A stretch of DNA of 64,000 nt, from positions 1,248,001 to 1,312,000 of the forward strand of contig OY820579.1 of the NCBI GenBank assembly GCA_963681965.1, given 5' to 3'. The position numbers were made by a program, and so were the translations under genes. This document shows, piece after piece, positions 47,363 through 58,935 of this stretch. The notes under the pieces are model-generated. The model saw only the letters and a program-made list of their open reading frames with translations. It was not told the origin of the DNA and made no database searches. Numbering within the stretch: position 1 is the first letter of the stretch; every line of letters begins with the position of its first letter. Origin of the DNA: a bacterium. GTDB taxonomy: Bacteria > Electryoneota > JAOADG01.

Positions 47363-48718
47363 TTAGATACACTCTTTGATTCTTTCCCCTCGCCAGAAAT
47401 CGACTGATACCTGGTTTTCAGATTTGTTCTTGAGATCTTCATCGGCGCGGTATATAAAAGTCATTGTCATCTGCTTCATCGAACTGAAGCCTCGATCTTT
47501 TGCTTTCATAATGACCGGAAGATAGGTTCCAGTGTTTAAATAGCATTGTATCGAACCATCGGTTTGAGTACTGAACACGGTTGATTTGGCGGCGTGAGTA
47601 TGCCCGTAAATCACATATTGAAGGTCGGGATTGGCAATAAATTCACTACGTGCACCTTGCTCAAATTTGTCGCCTTCTCTGGCAATTCTATCATACTTTT
47701 CTTTAATATCGTCGATGATTTTTGTGATCTGCAAAATCTGATTGAATGATGAATTCTTGATCGCATCGAGCAATAGTTCGATTGTATCGATAAAATCCCG
47801 GTTGAAAATGAGCAGACTGGTATTCATTTGATCCCATTTTTTCGCCAATTCCGTGTTAAGAAAATTCTCGACTGCGCGTTTTGCAGCATTGATGATGTCT
47901 GTTTTCACTGTCGACGATAGATTTCCACGATTGATCCAAGTCAGCCATTCGAGAATTAACGTCATGGGGCGAACATTATTGACTTGTGTTAGGAGTTTCA
48001 TCGTCGCTTGATCAATACTGGGATATTTACTGCATTCGAAAATCAGTCCGCTCATGATCTCCGATGTGACTACCTCACCAATCGTTTGAACACAGTTTAT
48101 CCGCGCATCGAAGCGATTGGTATAGTTTTCCTTCAGTACTTTTTTTCCAAATTCAAATCCGTAGCAGACATCATCCCATTCATGACCGTGACGACATAAA
48201 ACCTTGTAGTTGGGTTCAAGATATTCGGATCGAAATTCAAGCGTCACACCGGTGGGTAATGCGTCAATCAGGATCTGTTTCAGCGATTCGAAATTGTAAA
48301 ATGCACGATCATGATTTCCGATTACATAGATCACTTGAAGCGGAAGTTCTAAGCTTGATAACATACCAATTTCATTGAAAAATCTTTTACACTCTTCGGT
48401 CTGAAGGATGTTTTTCAAGATCGTCTGGTAGTGCCCTTCAATGATGCTATTCTTTGAATTCATGGCAGTAGTTGGATCCAGCTCGCCATTCCATGGGCGA
48501 TCTAAGCGAGGAACATTTCTTTGCCAGTGAATCGTCCGAGCTAAATCGAAGATATCACCGAGTAAAACAATCTTGATTTCTTTTACTGATTTACTGATGG
48601 CTTTTTGTTGAATCGATTTGAAAAGATATTCCGAATATGCTGACGAGGATACATTTGTAGAGGTAGAACCATCGGAAAAATGTAAATCGCTTACCACAGC
48701 AATCATAACAATCTCCAA
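47363..48718 (-). CDS. Calcineurin-like metallophosphoesterase
   Basis: SDLH, LLGDIFD, IGNHD, HGHEWD, YGHTH, YLNTG. Confidence 0.8.
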   Translation of the reverse strand: MEIVMIAVVSDLHFSDGSTSTNVSSSAYSEYLFKSIQQKAISKSVKEIKIVLLGDIFDLARTIHWQRNVPRLDRPWNGELDPTTAMNSKNSIIEGHYQTILKNILQTEECKRFFNEIGMLSSLELPLQVIYVIGNHDRAFYNFESLKQILIDALPTGVTLEFRSEYLEPNYKVLCRHGHEWDDVCYGFEFGKKVLKENYTNRFDARINCVQTIGEVVTSEIMSGLIFECSKYPSIDQATMKLLTQVNNVRPMTLILEWLTWINRGNLSSTVKTDIINAAKRAVENFLNTELAKKWDQMNTSLLIFNRDFIDTIELLLDAIKNSSFNQILQITKIIDDIKEKYDRIAREGDKFEQGARSEFIANPDLQYVIYGHTHAAKSTVFSTQTDGSIQCYLNTGTYLPVIMKAKDRGFSSMKQMTMTFIYRADEDLKNKSENQVSVDFWRGERIKECI

Positions 48719-48745
48719 TATTCACTTCAGATGAACTTTTATGAG

Positions 48746-49243
48746 CTACAAACGCAACATGCGGTCGATTTCCAGTCGTTTATTTAATTCCCACAACGCT
48801 GTTCGATTGGAATCCCAGTGGAATTTTCGATAGATCAGATCGTAACTACCCCAAACCAATGCATCGTGTTCCGATGAAATTATTAATTCGATGCCGGAAC
48901 AATCGATGGCGAATGAATACTCGGGAATCACGATTATATCGGCAGACCATAATTCACTTTCAGGAAAAATCGATGCCGGAATCGAGGCGCGATTGTCTAG
49001 CTGGTAGAATCTCAATAGTTCTGAAACACCAATCTCTTCTCTGCTCTCGCGAATAGCGGCTTCGGCAGGTGTCTCGTCGTCCTCACCACCTCCGGCGACG
49101 CCTTGCCAGACTTGACGCTCGGAACGTCTCAACGCACAAAACTCATAATTTCGAATTCCAATCATCCGGAATGGCAATACTAGAACTTGAAATGGTGCAC
49201 GCGCCATTTTCCCTCTTAATTTTATGTGATCGAAACCAATCAT
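48746..49243 (-). CDS. NUDIX hydrolase
   Basis: GGGEDDETPAEAAIRESREEIG Nudix box; likely start MARAPFQV. Confidence 0.88.
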   Translation of the reverse strand: MIGFDHIKLRGKMARAPFQVLVLPFRMIGIRNYEFCALRRSERQVWQGVAGGGEDDETPAEAAIRESREEIGVSELLRFYQLDNRASIPASIFPESELWSADIIVIPEYSFAIDCSGIELIISSEHDALVWGSYDLIYRKFHWDSNRTALWELNKRLEIDRMLRL

Positions 49244-49332
49244 TGATCAAATCTAACAAGGATCGTTGGTTTTATAAGCTGATTTATATTAGTAAAATTA
49301 ATACTCTATTGCAATATATTGTTATTGCAAAC

Positions 49333-49361
49333 AAAAAAAGACGAACCTTCCGGTTCGCCTT
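49333..49361 (-). terminator. Intrinsic terminator after the prfA-prmC-rnr-TauE run
   Basis: Minus strand AAGGCGAACC-ggaa-GGTTCGTCTTTTTTT. Confidence 0.7.
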
Positions 49362-49383
49362 AATTTCACTCTGTCTGTAGATG

Positions 49384-49746
49384 TCAATGCTTGAAAAAGA
49401 TCTTGATCCCTACCACTACTAACACGATACCGAAGATCTTCTCGATTACATTTGCCGGAAGATTGTTGGCTAGCTTCCCGCCGAAATAGCCCCCGAATGC
49501 AAATCCCAATGCAAGAAATGCGGCGACTTTCAAGTCAACATTTCCGTGTTTGTAATATTGCATGACAGCGAAAATTCCTACCGGAGGAATCATCATCGCC
49601 AGCGAAGTGCCTTGTGCCTGCTGCTGACTGAAATGAAATAGAATCACTAGAATTGGCACCAGTAAGATTCCACCGCCGATTCCAATCAACCCACTGACGA
49701 CACCCACCAGTATTCCGGTGACAATCAAAAGTGACCATTGTGGCAT
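49384..49746 (-). CDS. TauE/SafE (TSUP) family membrane protein, half-size
   Basis: GLIGIGGGILLVP, AQGTSL. Confidence 0.85.
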   Translation of the reverse strand: MPQWSLLIVTGILVGVVSGLIGIGGGILLVPILVILFHFSQQQAQGTSLAMMIPPVGIFAVMQYYKHGNVDLKVAAFLALGFAFGGYFGGKLANNLPANVIEKIFGIVLVVVGIKIFFKH

Positions 49747-49787
49747 TATTCCTCCCGACTCTCAAATCAAATGTACGAAAAAAAACA

Positions 49788-52256
49788 CTATCGTCGACTG
49801 GATCGCTTCACGACTCTTGGTGTCGCCTTCTTCTCTTTCTTGGTCTTCTTCGATTTACTATTCTCGTTTGTTTTCGGTGTGAATTTTGAATGCGAACTCG
49901 GCACGATCGTCGATTTCAAATGTTGTACTGGACTGCTTTGCGATTCGAGAAAAGCTTCAAAGCGATGTCGGCGTTGATCGACACGATCGATCGTGATCCG
50001 AATTCGATCGCCTAGTTTGATCGAGACTACACCGTTGCGACTGCGCAATTCGTGATGCCGGGGATTGAAAATCAAATATCCTTCGCCAAGTCGATCCACC
50101 GGAATAAACGTTTGAGCTAAAGTATCGATTAATTCTACATGGATTCCACGCGGTTTCACTGCAACGACAATTGCATCAAGCGACTTTCCAATGAATGTCT
50201 CAATGTACTCAACTTGTTTCCATTTGATCCCTTCGCGCTCGGCACCGGTAGCCGCGCGCTCACGATCGGAACAGTGTTTACAGAGATCTTCCAGGATCTC
50301 CTGATAATTCTCAGGAATTTTTCGACGCTTTCGCTCAATCAAATGGTCGATCAACAACCGATGTACCATAATGTCGGGATAACGCCGGATTGGACTAGTG
50401 AAATGCGTGTAATCCGCAAATCCTAAACCGAAATGTCCGACATTGTTGGTGGAATATTCCGCCCGCATCATACTGCGAATCGCCAAGTCCATCAATACTG
50501 GTGTCTCGGGATGACCGAGCAACGAATGTACGAACCGCTGGAAGTCTTTCGAATTGTCCGCTAAACCACCGGTCCACTCATAGCCCAAGTCTTCTGCTAG
50601 AAAAATAAATTCGTCGAGACGAGCATCATCCGGTTTTTCATGAATTCGATATACAAACGGTAATTTGTGTTTGGTCTGAATATGGAATTGTTCAGTAACA
50701 GTGCGATTCGCCAGCAGCATCCACTCTTCAATAATCCGATAACTCTCGATTGACGGTCGAGGAGTAATCGAGGAAGGTTTGCCGTCGGGTGCTAATTCTA
50801 TCTCAACTTCAGCGGTTTCAAATTCGATGCCGCCGCGATCTAACCTCTCAGATCGTAATTTTCTGGCAAACCATCGTAACCCTGTCAATCGTGCTTCCCA
50901 TGGATTCGAAATTCCGGCTTTTATGCGTGGAATCCATCGGTCAGGTGCACCGCGCTTACGATCGTACTCGTCGAGTATCTGTTGCACTTCTTCGTAATTG
51001 AATCGATGACGCGATTTTATCCATGATCGAACGATTTTAGTTTCGCGAATATCCCCGTCGGATGTCAACCAGAATAGCGCCGAAACCGCGCGACGTTTTT
51101 CATTAGGACGGAGAGAACAAATATCCCCAGTCAAGCGTTCCGGAAGCATCGACGATGCCCCTTGCGGCAAATAAACCGAGGTGGCACGAAATTTTGCTGC
51201 TTGATCGATTACATCGTCCGATTTTAAATAGTAGGACACATCGGCAATGTGGACCGCAGCAAACCAGCCGTCTTCATCAGGTTCCAGCGTCACAGCATCG
51301 TCGAAATCTTTCGCATTCACCGGATCGATCGTACAACTAACCAAATGAGTAAGATCTTCACGTTCATTGTCTCGAACCGGATCGGGATCGATCGATAGTG
51401 ACTCGGCTGCACTGATGGTTTCGGAATTGAAATTCAACGGAAAACCGTACATTCGCAATAATGTCGCTCGCTCAGTTGCCAATTCACCCGGATACCCAAG
51501 GATATCGACAATACGTCCGCGCATCGTTTCCTGCAACGGGGTATTATCGGGAATCTCTACTTCTACTTGTTGATTGTCTTTCGCTCCGGCAGTTTGTCCA
51601 CCGGCAATCACGATTCTGCGAACTCCAGCGAGCGATTCCGGAATTACATATCCACCACCACCGCCACCGACAAACAACCCGATGATAGCGCGTTGAGATT
51701 TTTCCAAAACTCGTTCGACATAAGCTTCAGTGCGACCACCTCGGAATCGTCGAACCTCCGCTAATACTTTATCGCCATTACGAGCAAATCCCATCGATTC
51801 GCGCGGTACATAGAAGTCTTCTTCCGACTCTGTTTCAGTAACAAGGAACCCATACCCTTCGTCTTTGACAATCAATCGTCCGGAAACTAATTCGCGACTT
51901 TGCGATTGGATATAAGCATCCAATTTTTTTCCAGATAGATTATTCCGGTCGTCGATATTGGGATCGGTAAAAACTTTTTTTGGTGGTTTGCTTGTTTTGA
52001 CTGGTTGCGGGGGTTCAACCGTCCGCGATTTCTGTTTGCTGGGAGGTTGATTCTGATGTTTGCGAAGTGCACTATTCAATACGACTTCACTTCCAACCCA
52101 ACTAATTTTTCCCGCATCGTGCAAATCAGCCAGAGCATTGAACAAATTGTGAACGCGTTTTCGGGGAATTCGCAAGGCTTGGACAATAAAGCTTGGTGCA
52201 ATCGGATCGCCGTGCCGTGTTGCCAGAAATTCCAGCACCATCTTGGTTAATTTCAT
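49788..52256 (-). CDS. rnr: Ribonuclease R
   Basis: CSD domains, TIDPVNAKDFDDA, RATSVY, IEEWMLLAN, HFTSPIRRYPD, S1 domain, Lys-rich tail. Confidence 0.93.
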   Translation of the reverse strand: MKLTKMVLEFLATRHGDPIAPSFIVQALRIPRKRVHNLFNALADLHDAGKISWVGSEVVLNSALRKHQNQPPSKQKSRTVEPPQPVKTSKPPKKVFTDPNIDDRNNLSGKKLDAYIQSQSRELVSGRLIVKDEGYGFLVTETESEEDFYVPRESMGFARNGDKVLAEVRRFRGGRTEAYVERVLEKSQRAIIGLFVGGGGGGYVIPESLAGVRRIVIAGGQTAGAKDNQQVEVEIPDNTPLQETMRGRIVDILGYPGELATERATLLRMYGFPLNFNSETISAAESLSIDPDPVRDNEREDLTHLVSCTIDPVNAKDFDDAVTLEPDEDGWFAAVHIADVSYYLKSDDVIDQAAKFRATSVYLPQGASSMLPERLTGDICSLRPNEKRRAVSALFWLTSDGDIRETKIVRSWIKSRHRFNYEEVQQILDEYDRKRGAPDRWIPRIKAGISNPWEARLTGLRWFARKLRSERLDRGGIEFETAEVEIELAPDGKPSSITPRPSIESYRIIEEWMLLANRTVTEQFHIQTKHKLPFVYRIHEKPDDARLDEFIFLAEDLGYEWTGGLADNSKDFQRFVHSLLGHPETPVLMDLAIRSMMRAEYSTNNVGHFGLGFADYTHFTSPIRRYPDIMVHRLLIDHLIERKRRKIPENYQEILEDLCKHCSDRERAATGAEREGIKWKQVEYIETFIGKSLDAIVVAVKPRGIHVELIDTLAQTFIPVDRLGEGYLIFNPRHHELRSRNGVVSIKLGDRIRITIDRVDQRRHRFEAFLESQSSPVQHLKSTIVPSSHSKFTPKTNENSKSKKTKKEKKATPRVVKRSSRR

Positions 52257-53128
52257 TTGAGAATTCCTCCGACAACGCGGGGAAGCCCGGCTAGATCGTT
52301 GCGTACAAATATCGATCGACTAATTGGTGATAGAATATTCTGAATATCGTTCGATTGATCTTTGCCTATTTCAAAAGTAAAAGCTGTTCCCGAACGACCC
52401 CATTCCGGTAATCTCTTCGCAAAACTACGATAAGGATCGAGACCATCTTCGCCGCCGAACAGTGCTTCCGCCGGGTCAAACAACACTTCGGGGGTGAGGG
52501 TATCGCGATCGCGCAATGGGATATAGGGTGGATTGGATACGATGAAATCGAACTTGGGTGATTCCGCCGATAGTTGAAATTTTCCTGCTCGGAGTTGTTG
52601 CAAAGAAAGTTGATCGGTAATTCCGAGTTGATCGGCAATTGATTTTGTCGTGGATATCGCAGTATCGCTGCAATCGATTCCTACTGCCGACGATTCTTGC
52701 CACTGTTTCAATAACGAACAACAAATTACACCACTCCCGACACCAATCTCTAGAAATCGTCTGGGAGCAATTTGTTCCGGGAATAATTCTAATGGAAGTT
52801 TTGCGACCCAATCGACCCACTCTTCGGTTTCCGGTCGTGGGATAAATACCCCTTCGCTAACGGGAAAACGACTGCCGAGAAAATCTACTCCACCAAGTAA
52901 CCATTGAAGTGGATGATGAAGAGTGCGTCGTTTTAACCAATCACGCATCGTTAGCAGATTGGAGTCCGATATCGGTTGATCGAAACGGAGATAGACTTCC
53001 AATCGTTTACAGTCAAGGATCGTAGCGAGCATATCTTCCAGCTCGCGACGAGCATCGGCAGAAGGAATTTGATTCGCTTTCGCTAAATATTCCTGTCCCG
53101 ATAACAGCACATCGCGAACGGTTTTCAC
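52253..53128 (-). CDS. prmC: Release factor glutamine methyltransferase
   Basis: [21 protein letters not shown]; follows prfA. Confidence 0.95.
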   Translation of the reverse strand: MKTVRDVLLSGQEYLAKANQIPSADARRELEDMLATILDCKRLEVYLRFDQPISDSNLLTMRDWLKRRTLHHPLQWLLGGVDFLGSRFPVSEGVFIPRPETEEWVDWVAKLPLELFPEQIAPRRFLEIGVGSGVICCSLLKQWQESSAVGIDCSDTAISTTKSIADQLGITDQLSLQQLRAGKFQLSAESPKFDFIVSNPPYIPLRDRDTLTPEVLFDPAEALFGGEDGLDPYRSFAKRLPEWGRSGTAFTFEIGKDQSNDIQNILSPISRSIFVRNDLAGLPRVVGGILK

Positions 53129-54222
53129 GAGGACTGCTTTGCTAATCGCGCCATTCGCTCCGAACGGTCGGCTAATACCAACGCATTCAACATTTCATCG
53201 ATGTCGCCTGCAAGAAATTCGGGAATATTAAAAATTGTCAAATTGATCCGGTGATCGGTCACGCGGCTTTGAGGAAAATTATAGGTTCGGATCTTTGCCG
53301 ATCGATCGCCGGTAGAAACCATGGCACGGCGAACTGCGGCTTCTTTCTGTTCTTTTTCTTGCAGTGCCCGGTCGAATAGGCGGGTGCGGAGAATCTGCAT
53401 AGCACGTGCGCGATTCTTGATTTGCGATCGCTCGTCGCTGCAGGTCACTACTAAACCAGTAGGAAGGTGGGTAACGCGAACTGCCGAATCGGTCATATTT
53501 ACGTGTTGTCCACCGGCGCCACTAGCTCGGTACGTATCGATTCGCAGTTCTTTTTCGTCAATCGTGACATCGACTTCTTCGGCTGCCGGAAGCACTGCCA
53601 CACTGGCAGCGCTGGTGTGAATTCGACCCGAAGCCTCGGTTGCCGGAACGCGCTGGACACGGTGAACGCCGGATTCATATTTCATTTGCCCATAGGCGCC
53701 ATCGCCGGAGATTGCAATAACTGCTTCTTTCACACCGCCTAGTTCACCTTCGGACATTGAGAGTGGTTCCCACTTGTAGCGTTTTCGCTCGACCCAGCGT
53801 TGATACATCCGGAGCAAATCCGCGGCAAAAAGCGCAGCTTCGTCGCCACCGGTGCCGGCGCGGATTTCCAAAACGGCGTCGCGATCGTCGTCGGGATCGC
53901 GCGGTACCAACAGCGGTTTCAAAGTATCCCAAACTTGTGGTAGTGCGGTCTCAGCTTCGCTCAATTCTGTTTGTGCGAGTTCCTTCAATTCATCGTCGCC
54001 ACTATCGAGTAACTCTTTCGCTTCGTCAATCTGTTGTTCGATCTTTTCCAGTTGAGAATAGAGTTCTACTAGTGGTTGTAATCGACGTCGCTCGCGCGAT
54101 AATTCGCGAAGTTGTCGTTGATCGGTCAATACTTCAGAGGTTGCAAGCAATTGCTCTAATTCCGCAAATCGGTTGCGCAACGTTTCTAAATGCGATCTTA
54201 CATCGGGGGTGATTTCGTCCAT
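53125..54222 (-). CDS. prfA: Peptide chain release factor 1
   Basis: [13 protein letters not shown] (PxT), [15 protein letters not shown]. Confidence 0.97.
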   Translation of the reverse strand: MDEITPDVRSHLETLRNRFAELEQLLATSEVLTDQRQLRELSRERRRLQPLVELYSQLEKIEQQIDEAKELLDSGDDELKELAQTELSEAETALPQVWDTLKPLLVPRDPDDDRDAVLEIRAGTGGDEAALFAADLLRMYQRWVERKRYKWEPLSMSEGELGGVKEAVIAISGDGAYGQMKYESGVHRVQRVPATEASGRIHTSAASVAVLPAAEEVDVTIDEKELRIDTYRASGAGGQHVNMTDSAVRVTHLPTGLVVTCSDERSQIKNRARAMQILRTRLFDRALQEKEQKEAAVRRAMVSTGDRSAKIRTYNFPQSRVTDHRINLTIFNIPEFLAGDIDEMLNALVLADRSERMARLAKQSS

Positions 54223-54596
54223 CTGATTAAATTCTTCTTTATTTTATTGGAATCCACAATATATATCAAGAAACTGACAATTTCTGTATCAGCCAGTTCG
54301 AAAGGTAAGTACAGAGATCACAACATACCGAACAAGGGAAATATGAACAGAGACTATTATTCGATATGAATTTTCCCAATATCGCTAAATTGACTGAAAT
54401 ACTGTAAAGATATAACGTATTTGTCATAGTGATGTTATATATACTATTAATAATAAATGTTGTATAAGTAATGATCGTTGTGTTATGAAAAAAAAGACCT
54501 CGAAGTGACCGTATAAATTAAAAATTCTGGTAAAATCTGCCCGATAACAAATCTGATGCGTTATATTATACCTGACACAAATATCGATAGGATGAA

Positions 54597-56162
54597 ATGA
54601 CGGCAATCTTCCGACTCTGGTTTCCTCGCTACATGCTTGCCAATGTGTATGCAGTCATCTTGACTTCGCCGTTACTGTTCGGTGGTCTCGATATGCCGTT
54701 CGGGATGCCCGGTTTCACTCGCGCGATTGCTATCGGCTTTGCTTTTTCTGCACTAATCATGATGTTGGTCGATATCGGTGGTACGACATTTTATCTGCGT
54801 CACCGAAAACTTTCGCAATTCAATTCCGCGTTACTTGAAGAATTTCCGCTCTTCACCATCTATCGCTCAATGACAGTCCATTGGCTCGGTTTCTGTATTC
54901 CACTTTCGATTTTCTGGCAACAAGCTTATCATCGACTGGGATTGCCGATTATCGGAGTCGATCAAATTTACTTCATCGTCGTATCGCTGCTAACATCGTA
55001 TATCCATGCTATCCTCGAATACTATTTTGTGGTCACGCAACTCGAACCGAAATGCCTCGGGTTCCGACCTCCGGATTTCGAACGGAAAGTGAAGCGAATA
55101 TCGCTCGCCGATAAAATCTCGCGAATCACTCTCTTTGTCGGTGTTATTCCGCTGACGTTGCTCTCGTTCACGCTATATTTGAAACTAGCCCACGCACGTC
55201 AACTCAACATTCCGATCGACTTGTTGATCCGGCAAATTTCGATTTGGTCCTTCGCATACGTGATGTTGGCGGTTGCAATCTCGCTATTGCTCGTTCGGAT
55301 GCTTGCTCGCGATATTGCCATCGGTTCCTGGCGTCTTACCGAAGGTTTCGAACGACTGGCTGCCGGCGATACGACTCACCGATTGGAAGTTGCCACTGCC
55401 GACGAATTCGAAAGTCTTGCCGATAGCTTCAATAAACTGGTAACCGAACTGGAATCGAAAGACACGATCTATCGCGAATTCGGTAGACATGTCGATCCAT
55501 CTATCCGCGACGAACTACTATCCGGTAGATTGCGACCGGAAGGTGAACTCCGGCAAGCGGTGATCTTATTTTGCGATATTGCCGATTTTACAATTTTATC
55601 CGAACAGATCAAACCGACCGAATTGATCTCGTACATGAATGACTTGCTCAATCGATTGGTCATTAATATTACCAATCATAAAGGAACGATCAATAAGTTT
55701 CTCGGAGATGCGATTTTAGCCTTTTGGAATGTCTCGCTAGACGGTGAAAGTGTCGAGCGTAATGCTATCCACTGTGCCATTGAAATGCAGGAAGAAGTCG
55801 CCCGGTTTAACGCCGATCATCAGCAATGGCGCGAGGCATACACACCACCGATACCACCGTTACGTCTCGGAATCGGAGTACATTCCGGTTCAATGATTGC
55901 TGGAACGATCGGTAGTGAACAGCGGCGGGAATATTCAATTTTTGGATCGAATGTTAATTTAGCTGCGCGATTACAGCAGCAAACCCGGCAGGTTAGATGT
56001 AATATCCTGATTAGTGAAACGATTTTCGACGATGTGCAACAGCAAATGGTATCGGCTCAGGAAGTAATATTCATTCCAATGGGACATGTCGCAATGAAAG
56101 GCTTCGCCGATCCCCAGAAAATATTCGGGGTCGTGAAACGACCCCCGGAATTACATGATTAA
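54597..56162 (+). CDS. Membrane-bound class III adenylate/guanylate cyclase with HAMP domain
   Basis: TM region, DEFESLADSFN, LFCDIADFT, KFLGD, GIGVHSG, VNLAARL. Confidence 0.9.
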   Translation: MTAIFRLWFPRYMLANVYAVILTSPLLFGGLDMPFGMPGFTRAIAIGFAFSALIMMLVDIGGTTFYLRHRKLSQFNSALLEEFPLFTIYRSMTVHWLGFCIPLSIFWQQAYHRLGLPIIGVDQIYFIVVSLLTSYIHAILEYYFVVTQLEPKCLGFRPPDFERKVKRISLADKISRITLFVGVIPLTLLSFTLYLKLAHARQLNIPIDLLIRQISIWSFAYVMLAVAISLLLVRMLARDIAIGSWRLTEGFERLAAGDTTHRLEVATADEFESLADSFNKLVTELESKDTIYREFGRHVDPSIRDELLSGRLRPEGELRQAVILFCDIADFTILSEQIKPTELISYMNDLLNRLVINITNHKGTINKFLGDAILAFWNVSLDGESVERNAIHCAIEMQEEVARFNADHQQWREAYTPPIPPLRLGIGVHSGSMIAGTIGSEQRREYSIFGSNVNLAARLQQQTRQVRCNILISETIFDDVQQQMVSAQEVIFIPMGHVAMKGFADPQKIFGVVKRPPELHD

Positions 56163-56256
56163 TGTTCGAGAATACTACTGAGTTACTTTTCAGTGAAGAA
56201 TTGAACCCTTCGAATACTCATATCCTCAGAAATCCACCCCTCACTCCCGTTTGAAA

Positions 56257-57861
56257 TTAATTGCTCGGATGTTTGACTGAGTAGACGTTAACCAACGGTT
56301 TCTTGCTGGAATAAACCAGACGATCGATCGGTATATTCGATGGTACATAGTTGTAGTAATCGAAGTAGTATTGCGCTGAATCGGCAATCCATTGAATATC
56401 CTTGACGCCGTTTCGTCGGTAATCTTCGAAGTATCGATCAGAAAGCGGAATTTTCCGCGCAACACCGGAGTCGGGTTCGATAAACAATCCGTAGCTTCGG
56501 GAATGAAGAAGAAATGCCAACTGTCCGGTGTTGATCCGATTGTTGCCGACGAAATTACCTTGAACATTTTTTTCTTTCAGCGCCGATACAACCGCAGAAT
56601 AATCGGTTATATTTCTGCGTCCTTTGATAAAAAATATCCCTAGCCCTGCGGCTGCATTTATGAAGGCAAAACACAATAACAGATTCAAAATGGTCTTCCG
56701 GTCGGAAAGTTCTTGCGCCAGTAAAGCGAGCAAAATGACCATCAAGTAGACATCGATTTGAATATATCGGAATGAGAGCTGGAAAATTAAATGAGCACCC
56801 ATGTGAATCACAATAAATGACAGCAACAGAAAGAGCGCGTAATGTTGTCGATATCGCGAATGCCGACAATAACGAAATAGAAATAAAATCAAGACAATCG
56901 GTAGTAAGACACCAGTGAACAAAAACTCTTTGGTAAAAATCTGTGCATTGATTTTAATTTTCGAAATAATCGTTCGCAAGCTACTTGGTTTGGCTTTCGG
57001 AACACTGACCTGTGAACCTGTTGCGAAATTGTAATGCATGTAATTTGTCGGATCTTCCCAATAGTCCCACGCGACAGCACTCGGTGGTGCTGTCATCATC
57101 ATAAAGCGATGGGTATGATTGCACCCTTTATTTGTGGCAAGTAAGACATTGATCGGTCCGGCACTACTGAGATTGAAAATGCCGTATTTCGCATAAATGA
57201 TTCCCATCCACCCGATCGATAAAAATAGGAAAATACTAAGAGTGATCGCGATCTCTTTTAGCGAACGCTTCGTAACGATCGAATGGATGAACAGTACGAT
57301 TAAATGGAATAAAACGATGTAAAACGCAATTGCTTTAGCGAAATAGGCTAGGAACGCAACAGCGCCCAACAAGACAAATTGGATTACCGACTTTGAAGAT
57401 TGAAATTCGATTAAAATTAAAATATAGAGCAGGAGACATACAGCATTTAACAGGTCGGGTGTGACGCCATTGTAAACAAAAATAGTTATCAACGGAATCA
57501 GAACGATGGAAATGAAATTGACGATTTTTTCGGTCAAAGCCAATTTGATCAAAATCCGCCGAATCACCCAAAGAGTTACAAGTCCTAGCAGACCCTGAAC
57601 GATATAGCCAACAAACAAACTGTTTTCATTGAGGAATAAAAACGGTGCAACAATAATAGGATATAGAGGTGACCAATAAGCGCTAAAGCCGTTGGAGAAA
57701 TCTAAGTGAGACAATTTTCGGGCAAGTGAAAGATATCCGCCGGAATCATATCCCCATTGCCATCTCATCGTAAAAAACAGTCCGATGATTGTAATTGCCA
57801 AACCGAAAAAAATCGATAGCTGCAAGATTTTTGAGCGGTTGGTCTGCGATTTGTCGTTCAT
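56257..57861 (-). CDS. Multi-pass membrane protein, GT-C (ArnT/PMT-like) glycosyltransferase candidate
   Basis: Early D..Y loop (YDSGGY), YWSPLYP, TPD, many TM helices; last gene of the sugar operon. Confidence 0.55.
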   Translation of the reverse strand: MNDKSQTNRSKILQLSIFFGLAITIIGLFFTMRWQWGYDSGGYLSLARKLSHLDFSNGFSAYWSPLYPIIVAPFLFLNENSLFVGYIVQGLLGLVTLWVIRRILIKLALTEKIVNFISIVLIPLITIFVYNGVTPDLLNAVCLLLYILILIEFQSSKSVIQFVLLGAVAFLAYFAKAIAFYIVLFHLIVLFIHSIVTKRSLKEIAITLSIFLFLSIGWMGIIYAKYGIFNLSSAGPINVLLATNKGCNHTHRFMMMTAPPSAVAWDYWEDPTNYMHYNFATGSQVSVPKAKPSSLRTIISKIKINAQIFTKEFLFTGVLLPIVLILFLFRYCRHSRYRQHYALFLLLSFIVIHMGAHLIFQLSFRYIQIDVYLMVILLALLAQELSDRKTILNLLLCFAFINAAAGLGIFFIKGRRNITDYSAVVSALKEKNVQGNFVGNNRINTGQLAFLLHSRSYGLFIEPDSGVARKIPLSDRYFEDYRRNGVKDIQWIADSAQYYFDYYNYVPSNIPIDRLVYSSKKPLVNVYSVKHPSN

Positions 57862-57888
57862 TGGATAGACTCCTAGGGAGGATCGTAA

Positions 57889-58935
57889 TCAAGATTTTGG
57901 ATTTTTCTCCATGCGCTTGAGATATAAAACGCCGCCCCACATCGCCCAGAGATAGACCGTCATTCGCATGTACAATGCGATCGCAGCGCCCATACCGCCC
58001 AGATTTAACCGGATAAAGATTTCCGATGTGACCGATTCGCCAATTCCCAATCCACCAAGTGTCAACGGGATCAGATTCGAAACGGTAGAAAGTGGAACAA
58101 CAATGAAGGGTACCCAAATCGGGATATCGACGGAGAGCGCCAAAGCCGCAAAATAAAATAATAGTGCGTTGACAATGGCATTAATCAATGAAACAGAGTA
58201 AATCGGAATCATGTGACTTCGGTTTTCGCGATATGCCTCGACCACCGAAGAATAGGATGTACGAAAACGGGTCGGTACGAGTGGATACATCAACTTGCTG
58301 ATCCGTCTCGAGAAGAAAACCGCAACCATCAAGAACATACCGACTAACAGCACGCCAAAGAATAGCCAATTCATCCACGTGATTGTTTCAGTCGGGTCTA
58401 CTAGAAAAGTATGGCGGTAAATTAATACGACCACACCAATAACCAGCATGCTGTGAAATCCGATGACCCGATCAAGCAATACCGATGATACCGCAGACAT
58501 GCGACCGGCTTGTTTTCCCGAAATTAAATTGTAACCACGCGAAACGTCGCCACCGATTCCACCCGGAGTGAATATCGCGAAGAACATTCCAATCCAAGTC
58601 CACCGTAAGGTTTGGCTCACCGGAATTTTTGTGCCAACATTTCGGAGCAACAAGTTCCACCGCCACGATGCAAAGAAAATGCAACCGAATCCAGCGATGA
58701 AACTCAAGACGATCCAAATCAATCGATCGGTAGAGAAAGCGGTAGATAGGATTTCGAAATCGATTCGTTTCGTGGCAATTAACCACCAGAAAACGCCCAC
58801 TGTGGTTGCCAACTTGACGATTTGAAACAATCGCTTTTTAAGTTGCGACTTCGATTCGGGTTTGGTGGTTTCGCTCAAGATCGGTTCGGTCCTGTTGTCG
58901 TTGAAAAGTAACTTACTTAAACGATCGGATTGCAT
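57889..58935 (-). CDS. Lysylphosphatidylglycerol synthase TM / flippase-like protein (UPF0104)
   Basis: WRW..LL, PGGIGGD..R, SVLLDR, PLTLGGLG..E. Confidence 0.85.
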   Translation of the reverse strand: MQSDRLSKLLFNDNRTEPILSETTKPESKSQLKKRLFQIVKLATTVGVFWWLIATKRIDFEILSTAFSTDRLIWIVLSFIAGFGCIFFASWRWNLLLRNVGTKIPVSQTLRWTWIGMFFAIFTPGGIGGDVSRGYNLISGKQAGRMSAVSSVLLDRVIGFHSMLVIGVVVLIYRHTFLVDPTETITWMNWLFFGVLLVGMFLMVAVFFSRRISKLMYPLVPTRFRTSYSSVVEAYRENRSHMIPIYSVSLINAIVNALLFYFAALALSVDIPIWVPFIVVPLSTVSNLIPLTLGGLGIGESVTSEIFIRLNLGGMGAAIALYMRMTVYLWAMWGGVLYLKRMEKNPKS

